DNA of 64,000 bases from assembly GCF_006345805.1 (NCBI RefSeq), contig NW_021833892.1, positions 186,001 to 250,000 on the forward strand, read 5' to 3'. The position numbers were made by a program, and so were the translations under genes. The DNA is from Octopus sinensis (taxonomy: Eukaryota). Of this stretch, positions 48,847 through 62,289 are shown piece by piece. The notes beneath the pieces are model-generated. The model made no database searches and was not told where the DNA came from. It saw only the letters and a program-made list of their open reading frames with translations. Within the stretch, counting starts at the first letter, position 1; each line of letters begins with the position of its first letter.

Positions 48847-50217
48847 ATGTCGGACTCTGATGTGGATATCGTTGATCCATGGACTGTCAAAACCAAAGGA
48901 AAAAATGGGATTGACTATCAAAGGCTGATTGGTTTTTTCATCAATATAACAATCCTTCCAGAAAAATTTGGCTCCAACCAGATCACTCAAGAATTACTAT
49001 CAAAATTCGAACGGACAACAAACAAGAACGTGCATTTTCTGCTTCGTCGTGGAATATTTTTTTCACATCGGTTTATATGTAAATTTTTAAAATTTAGGGA
49101 CTTAGACGTCCTTTTGGATCATTACTCAAGCGGAAAACAATTTTATTTATACACAGGAAGAGGACCTTCTTCAGAATGTCTCCACATTGGCCACATAATT
49201 CCTTTTATTTTCACAAAGTTAAATTTTTTAATCAACTCAGATGGCTACAAGAAGTATTTGATGTCCCGCTCGTTATACAGCTCACTGATGATGAAAAATT
49301 CCTTTGGAGGGATCTGTCTATTGAAGAACTCGAGAAAGTGACCATATCCAATGTTAAGGACATCATTGCGGTGGGATTTGATCCTCGAAAAACTTTCATC
49401 TTCTCTGATTGGGATTATCGAGGGTTGACATTCGGGGCTCATCTTCGATAGAAAATCAATGGCTTTCAATCAAACTATTTCTCAAGTTGCAAAATTGACG
49501 ACATTTAATCAAGCACGAGCCATTTTTGGCTTTACTGAGTCAGATAATATAGGAAAGATTGGTTTTCCAGCCGTCCAGGCTGCTCCTGCTTTTGTTTATA
49601 GTTTTCCACGGATTTTTCCTTCAGCAAATCTTAATGAGACAATGTGTCTTATTCCATGTGCTATTGATCAGGAAAGTTGACCTAATTATGTTTAGGATCC
49701 CTTTTTTCGAATGACGAGAGATGTTGCTCCTAGAATTAAACATCCAAAACCGGCACTAATTCATTCCCGATTCCTCCCCTCGTTACAGGGGATTGATAGT
49801 AAAATGAGTGCGAGTGATCCCAATTCGTCTATTTTTGTGAATGACTCGCCTAAGACTATTCGCAAGAAAGTTGAAATTATGGGATTTCATCGCAGATTAT
49901 GAAGTATGCCTTTTCTGGTGGATGGTCTACTGTGGAGGAGCATAGGAAATTCGGAGGGAATTGTGAAGTGGACGTTTCATTGGCCTATCTCAGTCTGTTC
50001 ATGGAGGACGATGCTAAGTTTGAAGATATTCGTTCTGTTGTTTTGTAAGGGATAATATAAATAGAGATATGCGTCTGGAGATATGCTCACTGGGGAACTT
50101 AAACAGATCTTGTGTGACACGCTTATTCCATTTATGGAGGACTATCAACGGAGACGACAGGAGGTGACAGACTTGGATGTCGATATGTTCATGTCAATTA
50201 GGAGCATCCCTATATGA
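48847..50217 (+). CDS. WARS1: Cytosolic tryptophanyl-tRNA synthetase, multi-exon
   Basis: [44 protein letters not shown]|[32 protein letters not shown]. Confidence 0.95.
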
Positions 50218-50399
50218 TTCATTTTTAATTTCTTTATTTGTTTTTGTTAAACTAAATAAAGCCGAGGGTGAAACCATGCCAGCTGATCATAGACAAACAT
50301 TAGTTAATTATTGTTAATTATCTTTTTGAGGCGTTTAAATTGTACCTTTCTCACTTTTCCTTTACTATCTTTAACATTTACAAAATTGTTGGACAATTA

Positions 50400-52510
50400 G
50401 TGACAGCATCTCCGTAAAGATGCTCAAACCTTTGCAGATGTAGTGAAGGATTAATTCCATTGTCCTTCTGAAAAAATATTATTTTAAACATAACATGAAT
50501 TAATTAAGTACGTTGTCCGCTGGAGGTTAATCTCCTCCTTTTAGAAGAGGAAGTAACCAACACCACTCATTGATCCTCTGTCTCCAAGTTAGTTATGAAT
50601 CTTTTCCCCTCATTCTCCATATTATCATCATATAAGACTGAGTTCCGTTTTTGATAGCCAACTTTTCAAGTCCTTCTGAATATAAACCTTCTAAGTACAG
50701 TAGACTATTCATTTAACGAAAATGAAAATTGAGCATTCGTTAAATGAATTTAACGAAAAATTCGCAGACGACAGGTGCACAGACAGGAAACTCAATCATA
50801 ATTTCACTTTTATTATCTTTAATTGTAAGGTGATTTAAATTTAATACCTTTTTCGTTAGTGGATTCTTCAAGTATTTTTTCATCTATCTTCGCACAATTA
50901 TTTAATGCCTTGTTAAAGCAATTTTTGATAGTGTCCACTGTGACTTCGTTCCAAGCCTCAATAATTAAAGGTAGAGCATTCACTAATTTGAATTTGGTAA
51001 GTTCATCTGTATATGACAATGTTCCTATATTTGTTCCATACTCAATTTCTAGTCATTCCTTTTTTATACAACGATTTAAATGAATGCACAATCCCTTGAT
51101 CAATTGGTTGAATCTTAGATGTTGTCTTTGGAGGAAGAAAATACAATTCGATATTACTGAATTCGCCATCAAAATAGTGAACTGGCGCATTATCTAAAAG
51201 AAGCAAAATCTTTCTATTTTCCGCACTCATTTTGGAATTTAACCGTTGGAGTACATTTGAAAAAACAGGGGAGTTTCATCGCAGTTGTAAAAATTTTTCG
51301 ATCCATATTTTTTTAACATGGCTGCAAAGCGTTCATATGAATCTATAAGCAAAACGGGATCCACTAATTGTTCTTCTCCAGAAATCGTGAGTGTTTTTAT
51401 TTTATACTCTTCCTTAAAGCGTGAAATCCATGGGTAAGATGCTTTGAAATTTTCAATATAAAATCGTTGAGCAATTTTGAGTGCAATTTCGCGTACCATT
51501 TCATTAGTTATGGTGTGATTATAGAAACGTTTGTTCTGAATCCATGCATATAGTGGTTTATATATCTTATCAGTACAACTTTTAAATGTAATATTCTTTT
51601 TTTGTTTGTGACGCCTTGATCCATACAATTGCATTTTCTTCAACGTTAATTTGATCACTCCAATAGGCATATTAAACCGCTGAGCCAAATTTTCTTGAGT
51701 AACAGCAGGATTATTCTTCTTGAAATCAATAACTTCCAGTTTTTGTTGAATTTAATAAGTTTTTCTTTTTTTCTTCATATTGGTCACCCTTGCACACATG
51801 GTTTACTACAAAGAAATAGCGAGGAAAAATTATTTTAAAATTTTATCAAAAATTTTAATTTTCGTTATTTAAATATTCGTTAAATATATTTAAATATTCA
51901 CTAATACAAAGAAAAAAAATTTTATTTTTGAATTTATCTAAAGAAAAACGTAAAAAAATATTTTGACTTTCGTAAAATGAATATTTTCGTTAAATTTTTT
52001 TTCGTTAAATGGATAGTCTACTGTAATTATAAATTGAATTCACTATCTCTAATTTTAAATTCACATTTTGATCGATGCACTTCTATCTTTTTATTCATTC
52101 TTCTATAATAAAGAGAATTCAAGTCTACTCGAGGAACATCAAATGTGTGATTACCTTTTGTAAAATAATAAAACTTTACTATATTTTTCAGGCTGTCCTT
52201 ACCGCCTGGCTCTGTTGATTCAGGAATATTATACATAATTATCCTCACATTGGTTTGTTTTTGTGTATTTTTTGAGTAATAATTTTCAATTCTTCTGTGT
52301 TTGTTTAAACTATAACAAGCTAATGGAGTCGATTAGTATTTTGCAGATACAGTGTCAGTCAATAAGAATGAAATTTTCACCTTACTTTTTTATTCAGAAC
52401 TTTCTAACTGTCGAAATATCCACGTCTTTCCCTTCAATGATTGATTTCAGTAAGTGGTACTCTGTATCATCCTTAACACAAATAATCGTATTAATTATCG
52501 CAACTGCTAA
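50400..52510 (-). other. Unidentified coding relic family, copy 1, split by a Tigger
   Basis: Minus frame continues across the Tigger TA site. A 72-nt block (DNMENEGKRFITNLETEDQ*VVLV) is homologous to 54608-54680. Confidence 0.45.
50698..52023 (-). mobile_element. Tigger/pogo DNA transposon, 1326 bp, internally deleted
   Basis: 25-bp TIR CAGTAGACTAT(T/C)CATTTAACGAAAA and TA TSD. CENP-B-type HTH, FYNCDETPLF, LLLLDNAPVH, IQPIDQGIV. Confidence 0.95.
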
Positions 52511-52519
52511 TTTTGAAAA

Positions 52520-52778
52520 TCAGAATTCGCCAGTGGCCGCACCGCGGATAGCAAGTGAGTTACCTCGCAAGATTGCTATCGATACCTTCTGGTACAGCCA
52601 ACTGGTTCCGCGGGAGTCATTTGTTTTCTTTCCAATGGCATCCCGATCAACGAAAGAATCCTCATATCCTCGGGTCCAATCACTCCGCTCGTCCACACGG
52701 CGATTGGGATGAAGTGGTACGCGTCAGGAAGCGACGCGTACTTCCTCCGTTTGTTTTCCTCGGCCTCGGCATCGACAT
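52520..52778 (-). mobile_element. CRE-clade 3' fragment
   Basis: KRRKYASL...FIPIAVWTSG...WLYQKVSIAILRGN. Confidence 0.8.
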
Positions 52779-52987
52779 TTTATTTTGAAGGAAAAAATTT
52801 CAAGTAAAATTTGTTCTATTAATTTGAAATGTGAAGTATATTTTACATAACTACTTAAATTCTATACTACTATCTAACTATTGTTGAAAATAACAAAGTG
52901 TACTGTTTACATATTACTTATTTAAGTGGGAATTCAAGAACTTTTAAATTAAGTTGAAGTAGAGTACTCCACACGTACGATCTACTT

Positions 52988-53520
52988 TAGGGGTGTCAAA
53001 CCCACTCCTTTAACAATTTTAATGAAAAACTGAAAATAAGAAAATCTAAATATGTAATCAACATCTTTTAATCTTGCTTAGAGCTACTTCCAAATGATTG
53101 ATTGACATATTTTTCCGATACAATTTTTTATATGTCGGACTGAATTATTTGTTTATTTCCGACTTTAATTAAAGCCGATAAATTTTCATCTCTGAGTCAA
53201 GTTCTATGAACAGTTTTTGTTAATTTCATAAATGAAAAAAGTTGTTCACACATATATCAAACCAAACATAGCAATTGTTTTGATGTCAAAATTTCTAAAT
53301 TTTCTAAACTTTTCGTAAAGAAGGCAGGTATTCCAAACTCTAAATATTTAGCCTTTAGTATAGAATCCGATTGGATCTTCAACAATTTCATTTGTAAACT
53401 TGTGTCTGCATTGGAAGCATCGAAAAGGAATCGTGCTGTGAATAATGAAAATTCATGCTCAACAGACGAGAAATCATTAAATCTTTCATGAAATTCTTTT
53501 AAAAACAAATCCAATTTTCT
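52988..53520 (-). mobile_element. hAT (SPIN/GTF2IRD2-like) 3' terminal fragment
   Basis: Terminus TAGGGGTGTCAAAC; EFHERFNDF...LQMKL..IQSD..LKAK; CEQLFS. Confidence 0.75.
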
Positions 53521-53754
53521 TTTATACTTTCAAAAATTCATTACAGTATGTGATTTAAAGTAAATTCTGCTTCCTTGAGAATTGGCACAGATCCGAAAAG
53601 TCACGATCATTTCTATTGTATTGACTTGTTTACTAAATTTTATAAATTCTATAAGTTTTATATCAAAGATTTAAAATAGGTATTCCGTTTAGAGTTTTTA
53701 AAAAGAATTTTTACGCAATTCTAAATTTATGTCATAATTACATTTCAAACAATT

Positions 53755-53945
53755 GCTAGGTGTTGGAATAGAGTGACCTGGGTTACGGGTTCGATTCTGC
53801 CTGCTGTTCATTCGTTGAAAGGTTTCACGCATGTATGATTCTCAGAAAATGGTTTGACAAGTAACGCAGGTATCAGTGGATTTCCACTTCGGAACCGGAT
53901 TGTCTGTGAAGGACCCACACGCAAAAAAATAAAAAATAATTTATG
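53755..53945 (+). mobile_element. Possible tRNA-derived SINE, 5'-eroded
   Basis: B-box GGGTTCGATTC at ~53787, GC-richer body and A-rich tail. No clear A-box and no second copy. Confidence 0.35.
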
Positions 53946-54189
53946 ATCATTTTCTTGTTCCTACGATTAATTAACAGTTACTGTTCTTCAATTAAAAATA
54001 AAATTTATGTCTTGCTTATGCGGGGCTATAAAGTACTATGGCTTTCGTGAAAGGGCTCTGTTATTACAATTCTGAAAAAAGTATTGTTATTTTTTCACTT
54101 ATCATATGCTAAAGTTTGACATTCATTTAAATAATATTAATTTAACGTCACATAATATTATATTAATCGATGATTTTAAGATTTATAAA

Positions 54190-54720
54190 AATGATAATAT
54201 AAATGCTGATGGACAACTAGACAAAGAATATTGATAAGTTTTTTCAAAACAGAATAATAATCTTATGTTCCAACCGAAAAGTTGAAACAAATCAATTATC
54301 GTTTATATATATTTTATCAAACCCTCTCAATAGTATGCACTCAAAATTTTTCAAGAGCGTTTAGAAAAATTTACGGTTTAATTAAACTATCTTTCGAGTT
54401 GCAAAAATTATTTAGTCAAGTATGCATAAAAATTGCATGTAATTATTTTTCTCTACTTTGGGAAATTTATTTATCAAATTTTATGAAAATTGAAATAAAT
54501 ATGATCTTGAGAGTATGATTGTTGAGCACAGGCAGGGGATCAAAATCACTGATGAGGAGATAAATTCAGCCAATAGCCTCTTAATTGAATCAAGTCATTT
54601 GTCCAAAGATAATATGGAGAATTAGGGAAAAAGAGTCGTAACTAACTTCGATACAGAGGATCAAGGAGTGGTGTTGGTTGACATCAATTAAATAATATTA
54701 ACTTAATTAATTTATGTATT
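54190..54720 (+). other. Unidentified coding relic family, copy 2
   Basis: IVEHRQGIKITDEEIN...DNMEN*GKRVVTNFDTEDQGVVLV, homologous to the 50550-50620 region. Confidence 0.45.
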
Positions 54721-54909
54721 TTCTATTTATTAAACATGAATAAATATGATCCTGTCAGGATATTTTGAATGAATTCTTTTTTAAATCTTTAAATTTTAAA
54801 ATACTTAACTAAAACATTACCATAACTCGGTCAAAATTTCCTTTCTTTTTTTTCTATTTAACTTATTTTTAAAGTTTAATTTTGAAAATGAGAAATAATT
54901 TGATTTCTC

Positions 54910-54985
54910 CAGCTCTTTGAGCGTGTCTCAATAGCCGTTCTCAGGGGGAACTGTTTCCCAATTCTCCCTGTAGGTAGTCTTTGGC
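54910..54985 (+). mobile_element. CRE-clade extreme 3' fragment
   Basis: LFERVSIAVLRGN. Confidence 0.7.
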
Positions 54986-55812
54986 TGCCATTTGTTTCGT
55001 TTATTTACAAAATTTTGGTATTAAACAATATTGATTATTGAAATGACAAATTTTTTCGGAATTAAATACTGACAAATTTAGTTACTGTCGATAAGGAATT
55101 TTTTAGTTTTTCGATTATTTTGAAAGAAATAGATTCAAACTTAACCTTTTAAAATTTACCAAGCTACCGCCAGTATATCTAGTATAAAATTCTGAAATAT
55201 TTTAAAAATGAATTGTTGAAATTCAACAATCTAGGTTAGAATCATTTCACCCTAAATTTCCAAGTGAAAGGAAATGATTGATGGGAAATATTGATAATCT
55301 ATTAACCTAATCGATGACGATTTAATATTGACGTCATCTAATAGGAATATACAATAATGAATACAAAAGTATTAGAACCTCAAATATCAAATATCTTTTC
55401 TCAAGTAACATATGTAAAAGAAGTGAAAGATAATTTTTTCGTATAAAGCAATATTTTAGGTTGACTTGTTAAATTAACCTATGTTGTGGTTAATTTGAAA
55501 ATCGACTTTTTCACATTAAAGTGATTTTAGCTTTGATTCAAGTAAAAAAATTATCTGTTCATTCTACAAAATATCACTTTTACTTTTTCTACAAAATATC
55601 ACTTTTTTACTTTTTTGATTAGTTGATTTTTGATCTTCAAAATTGATAAAAATATTTCCTATTTCAATAAAATTATTATAATATTATTGAAATAGTAAAA
55701 ATATTGTATTTTTAATAATTATTATTAATTCTATTAATAAATATTCATTAAGTTTTGCTAGTTGTTTTTAATATATAATTGATTAGTTAATTTTATAATC
55801 CTGCTCGGTACT

Positions 55813-56471
55813 ATGAACAGATTACAAGGTTTCTCTGAAGATTTTACTGAAATAAACTTTGTAATTTCCGTTCCAATGGAATTGTAGAGCCGCAAACAAC
55901 ATCACAATGCACTCGAAAGACAACGGAGGGGAGTTCTTAAATGGAGCTTTCAGGAATTAAGACGAATAATCCCCCTTTGTGGCGACAAGATGTCCAGAGC
56001 AAATATTTTGAGCAAATCCTGCGAATATGTGACCTATTTAATGACCAGTGGTCAACGGTTGGACGACTACCTCTCAAGATATGAAGACATGCTCACTTTT
56101 CTAGATTCTCAGAGTTTATCTCTAGACCTAAATTTCTAGTCGGAATGATAAAAAAAGGAGAAATAGAAAATCTGTGCTCTGGTCTGTCAGCCATATGTGA
56201 AGCCAACATCGACGAATTAAAAGAATTCTCGAAGGAAGATTTGGATCCCTGCCTCGGGTTTATAGAATCCCAATACAACAATTCTCAAAATAGAGATAGT
56301 CGCTTGCATTCTTCGCTGGAACTGCTAACTTCTCAGGCCTCGAGTGAAGATGACGAATCGGAAGCCTATCACATTCAGTCAGTTAATGAGCTCATTGACG
56401 AGTATGTATTTGTTGACAAGGATCCTCTCGATATCAAGCCTTGTCTGTCTAATATTAGTCAATTTAGATAA
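55813..56471 (+). CDS. MAX: Max-like bHLH transcription factor
   Basis: MNRLQGFSEDFTEINF|SRKQHHNALERQRR...AFQELRRIIP...KMSRANILSKSCEYVTYL. Frameshift in a G-run at ~55930. 3' exon structure ambiguous. Confidence 0.72.
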
Positions 56472-56844
56472 TTCTGTTTTATTTTTTCTTGGTTTTCTTA
56501 ATTCGTTTTATTATTTTGAGTAGAGGGTTTTAATTACAAGCCACTTTCCGCATATTTGTGGTTATTGTATTCGTCTTTAAGCGGATAATTAATTTGTCTG
56601 CCTAGCTACTCAAGTCTATTCAGTTAATCAAATTAAATATGTAAATTAATCATCAATATGTTATAATTAATGTCTTCAAACTGAAGAGTATTTCTGTAGC
56701 TCTTCTGCTCTATTGTTATTATTCTTTTGATCTTTTTATCCAGCTTATCTTTTCTTATTCTTTTTAATTTATCGTTTCATATTCTTATTTACTTATCTTT
56801 TTATCTCTTTTTATTTATAATTCTGTCTTTTCTTATGATGCCTA

Positions 56845-57030
56845 AAACATCATCAGTCGAAACTTCAGGCACACTAGGACCATCAACACTTCGCTTACTC
56901 ACAGAGAGAGGCTGCCATCTTAGAGGAATTAGAAACGAGTCCCGCGAGCTCAATCGGTTTTTTGAGTTTGTCTCAATAGCAGTTCTTAGGGGGAACAGTT
57001 TCTCAATTCTCTCTGAGGGTAGTATATGAC
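56845..57030 (+). mobile_element. CRE-clade 3' fragment
   Basis: SVETSGTLGPSTLR...FEFVSIAVLRGN. Confidence 0.78.
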
Positions 57031-58149
57031 TACCTTTTGTTTCTTATTTAATAAAAAACCGAAAAAAATAATGTCGAATGGTATCACTTTAAATTTATCT
57101 TATTGTACTTTAACTGTTTATCGATAATGGGCTTTAGTTCCATTAAGATGAAAAAAGACAGAAATAACGACTTTAATATTCGAAACATTGCGAACTTTAA
57201 GTTTGCTGTTTTTAAGACTTTCTTATATAGAACTGAATAACAAATTCCAAATTGTAATTAAATCTTTCATTCCACGATGTGCGGGACTTTCAGATTTAAA
57301 TTTGCCCACCTTCAGCTTTTTATTTCTATTATTTCTTCCGGTTTTTATATGGGCACTGGTTTCTTCTTTCACTGGTTCTTATATAAGCACCCTTTAAATT
57401 TTATAGATTGTAAGAATGTATATAGGTGAAAGAGTAGAGGTAAATAGCGTATCTTCAGATTTTCTCGGAACTAAATTTGTTGTTGAATTTAAAAATACCC
57501 ACTATTACCCGATGTAAAAAAATTTGTCACAAAAAATTGAATGTTATTAAAATAAAAACGATCGATGCTTTTAAAGGAAATTTTTAAAAATTCAAATATT
57601 CAAAATTCTCATCGATTAAAAGTATAATCAAGAAATTCAGTCTGAAAAATTTTTTTACAATCAAAACATCCAGTCTATTTACTGTGAATAAGTAAACTGT
57701 AAATAAACATTTGATTAACATAAACTTAATCTAAACGGAAAATAAGTTTATCAAATGAAAAAATTGAATTCAGATGCATTATTCAAAAGGAAACGAAAAG
57801 GATTAGTTTGAATTATGACATCTTAAGTGATTTACTATTATGACGCGTTACAACGCATTAAAATAATCTAATTTTAACAATGAAAATGTTATTACAAATA
57901 ATGTTAACGGTTTTTAGTCTTAATTGTTCGCAAAATCTGAACAATTTTTGTTGTTCCATTTTTGTAACAAATCGAATTTTAAGCATTTAGTATTAGTTTG
58001 ACACTATTATTTGAATGTAATACTGTCACTCAAATTTGCTGTCATTAATTCTATTGTTACTACTGGCATTTTACTGGACCGGCACTCAAAATTGTTCTAA
58101 TCATAACGATAATTTGTGCTGTAGTCTTTTTTAACTTTAATCTTTGAAT

Positions 58150-58780
58150 CAAAGTCATTAAATTTTACTTTATCGCTTATTTTAATGGAATATGTACCGT
58201 TATGAACTCCCACCTTTCTTAACAGAGATTCCTCGATATCTTTTGTAAAAAGTCTTGTTGGAACACCAATGAGGAGTTAGTTGTGATAATAAACTACTTT
58301 ATCGACAAGGCTCACTTATTTTTTCTTTTCGTCGCCCAGCATATGAAAAATTATCTTAATTATAGTTTGATTGAATTGTTTAACTATTCCCTGCGATTGA
58401 AAATGATTTGGCTGTTCATGTTTTAACTTCCACCATAATTGTTCAATCATTGAGTTTTTAAGCTATACAGCCAGATTTTTGCCGCATTTGTTTGAGCAAT
58501 GCAAAGTTTGTCTTCTTCATTTTCTGGTATAGTTTTTCGTTTTCAATTTTCGTTTTTTAAATAATTTAGTATCGTTTTAGTCTTAGAAAAGTCGGCAATG
58601 AATTCTAGATAGTAAATTTATAACTAAGAAGTATTCTTCTGGATCTCATACATAACTTCTATACATTGTCGTTTCCGTGATGGGAATTAACCTTTTTATA
58701 ATAATGACAGTGACGGTTCCAGCTGATTTAAAAGATAAATTAGGAATGCCCCTATAAAATGTAGATATGTAGCTTTGCTC
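58150..58780 (-). mobile_element. Third Ginger/GIN-type integrase relic
   Basis: AGIVKQFNQTIIK...VVYYHN...IGVPTRLF resembles QGxVERFNQTIK...YN...GxSPxxL. Confidence 0.5.
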
Positions 58781-58878
58781 TCAAAATGTAGAAAGGCACT
58801 TAAATTCCGTCGGAAATTTTGATTGGAAAAAATTTTTAAATACCGTAACAAATATTATAAGAATTAGCTATTGAATAA

Positions 58879-61200
58879 TTAATTCTCCGATACTTCAAAT
58901 CTCTCACTCAGTGACAATTTACATTGAAATAAACGATTCAACGTGTTTAGCAAAAAAAATTGTTTTTGGACGTCAAATTTGACATTCTTAATCTCTGAAT
59001 GCCTATCCTTTAATCGATTACTTTCAGACTCGGCTTGTATCAGTTGGATTTCGAGCCAATTCCTATCAATATTTATTTAGTTTACTGATACATAACTTGC
59101 TTTTGTTTTGATTGGTCTTCACAATCTGCTAATTCATTCCTCGATTGCTCCAATTGAGCGATTTGATAATGATATTCTTTTTCAAACGAATCCTGTTTTT
59201 TTCGCAGCTTTAAGTATTCCTTTAATGTTATTTATGTTAAAGCGATACTTGTTTAACATCAAAAATTGTGGATTCTAATTCTGCTTCTTTTTCTGTATAT
59301 TTTATCTTTTTTGTTTCTAATTGATTTTTCATTTCCTTTAGATGTGTTTAATAATACATTTTCAAAACTTTATGATCATTTCGCAGTAGTTTAATTTGAT
59401 CCAGCTGCTTTGCTAGTGAATCATTTTTATTTTTGATTGTCTCGTTCAAAGCATTTATCCTATCTTTCAGTTCATCGAAAGTGACGTTGCTGTAACTTTG
59501 GCTTTTTGAAAGTGCAAGCTTCTCATTTTCCACAGAAAAATAATTTGGAATACCGATTTCAATTTCAATTTCAGCCTTTATAATTTTATTAAAAATAAAA
59601 ACCAATTTTTGGTTCAATGATGCATTTTTTTGTTGCATAGATTCTAATTTATTTAATGACGATTTTAGCTCCAAATCAGTTTTATCAAGTCGACTTTTTT
59701 TATCATGATACTCTGAGCCAAGTGACTTTAATTCATCATGTTTAGCATGGATCTGTATTATATTTTTTTAATAATATCCACCTGATTGATCAATACCTTA
59801 TTCATTCGTGAATATAAAGTCTTTCTTGTTGATTCAATTTTATTTTCAATTTTTTCTTTCTCACGGGTCATTTCCAATAGGACTTCGGAATGTTTTTCCT
59901 TTTTTCTTGTCACTGTTCGTGCCTTTATAGTGAAATTCCAGTAAATTCCATACTTGGTTTTTAAATCCAACCATTTTATCATCTTTATTTTCGTCTTGGA
60001 TCAATCTATCTTCTCCTAATTTGACAATTTCACATCTCATTTGTTTAATCTAAAATTTTTCATTTATAATTTCAAACATTTGATTTGACAGTTTCTATTT
60101 CTGTCGGTGAAACATTCTCTGCCTCAATAAGTCGAAGACTTTTTAATTCTTTTTTTAAATTTTCTATTTGAAGAGGAAATTTTTCAGAAATTAGATATTT
60201 TTTGAATGTAAGCTCGTTTTTTAATTTTTCAATTAAACCTGGAAGTAATATCCGTAATAAAAGTAAACCATTTGGGTTAATATCTTCATTGATGTTTTGC
60301 GAACGCTCAAAGTCCACTTTAAGTCTGTTAACTTTACATTCGTTTTTTGAAAGCTAGATATATTTAATCTATATACAACAAACTTCTTCTGTCAATTTTT
60401 TTCCTTCTATCTGAAGTTTTGCCATTTTTTTTCTTTGTTGGTGAATTTCTTTGCACAAACTTTCTAACTTATTAGGATAATCCAGTCCTTTTAACTAAAT
60501 TAAAAATATTTATTAATGACGTTTTTCTTAGTTTGGCTGACTCTAAGATTTAAGTCTTGTTGCTCTTTCTCAGCTGAATCAAGTACGATTTTTAACTCCG
60601 ATCCTTCTTTAAAGGAATTTTTCATTTCTTCGTAACCTCGATGCATTTGTTTAAATTTTTCAATTGATTCGTTGTACTAAAAAGGAAACTTGGCGATTAT
60701 TTACTACCTGAGTATATAAGTCTGATAACTGGTTATTCTGCAAAAACTCAGGGGGTATGTTTATTCTTATTAGATATTTGGCCAAATATGCTCTCGTCGA
60801 CAGCTTTTCAAAATTTTTTAAAAGCCAAATCATGATATTGTAGAGAACAGGTTTTTTGCCTCTTACCAAATCTGCCTGAAAAATTCTGAATAAAGTATTT
60901 TTTGATAAAAATAAATTACTCGTTGGTTGTTTCAAATGGAAATTTTAAGATATTGAGAGACACACTAATTCTTTTTGTGGTTTTTTTCAATCCTTCTTCC
61001 AGAATTTTTATTTTTTCTGACTAGAGTAATATTATTGACATATTTTGAACCTTCGATTCAATCTGACATAAAATATCGCTTACAAGTTGTAGCAGAGAAA
61101 CTCCCTCCAAGTTGTCAAATGATATTCTAGTATAGTTTTTTTCAAATGGAGGTCTTATTAAATACTCGATGATTTCTTTTGATTGGGTTTCCATAGACAT
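58879..61200 (-). CDS. IFT81: Intraflagellar transport protein IFT81, multi-exon
   Basis: IIEYLIRPPFEKNYTRISFDNL...LLQLVSDILCQIE; LVRGKKPVLYNIMIWLL...RAYLAKYLIRINIPPEFLQ; long coiled coil. 3' end approximate. Confidence 0.88.
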
Positions 61201-61489
61201 TTCCTGAATTGTTTCCTAACAACACTTCTTGTATTTGATATTTTTTAACTGTTAAATATTAAATAATCAAAATCTTAAAAATAAGGTCGATCGTCATTAA
61301 AATAACTAGATTAAATATACCAAAATTCTCATTAGCGTTTAAAAGTAAATAATAAAACCAACGGTAGATAGATAAAAATTAAAAATCAAGTTAATTTTCT
61401 TTTTTTCACACTGTTTCAACTTGAAATTCAGTTTATCTGATGTACATTTCATCTGTCCATCACTGTTGAAACAAACGTGACAAACCATG

Positions 61490-62135
61490 AAAGCAACATG
61501 AGTCTTCGCAAACACTCAAGAGGATAGATATAATCAAAATAGTCATATGCCTTTGTCACATCCAGCTGGATTGTCACTAGTTAGTATCGGTGCACTTTTA
61601 CGAAAATTTGTTGGGCAATCCCTGCTTTTTAGTTTTCTGACAATTCCACGAGTTCCTAGCTAGTTTTAGAATAGAATCCAATTCATTTCTCAAAAATTTC
61701 TGACCTTAGTAATCAATTTATGCATCAATTCATACAGGTTTCTGATTATATATTTAAGAATTAAATAAGTGACGCCAGTGAATAATAACTCTGAAATTAT
61801 GACGAAATCGAGTGTAATCTACTTGTCACATATAAAAATGAATGGTTTAAATTTTTTAAATAAAAAGTCATACACTTTAGTTGAGAGATACTTTACTGCT
61901 TCGTCAAACTTCTTTGAATGTCAGAGCCATCATAAATGGCTACATTATGAGTTGGTACCGATTACTCTGAAATCCCAAAACTACATCTTTTATCTGCACA
62001 AGTAGCGATAACTTACTATCCTGATATTCATATTGTTTTAAATACAGAAGTAACCTGACGGCATAATTGTAGCCTTACTTCCTCCTCAAGAGCCGGGAGG
62101 AGAATCTTTAGCTAGCTTCTTCAGTGCGTTCACAC
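61490..62135 (-). mobile_element. Third R4/Dong relic
   Basis: DVTKAYDYFDYIYPLECLRRL; 62055-62130 resembles 5550-5620. Confidence 0.65.
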
Positions 62136-62289
62136 AGATTTTCTCTAAAACAAAAATTGAATCTTATTTCAGTGAGGACTCTAAAGCTGTCAATTTAATT
62201 CAGCTATATCAATTAAATTCCATATTTATAGTTTTTATTATATATGTTTTCAGATTCATTTTATTCATTTTACCCCTTCTCAATTCCTA

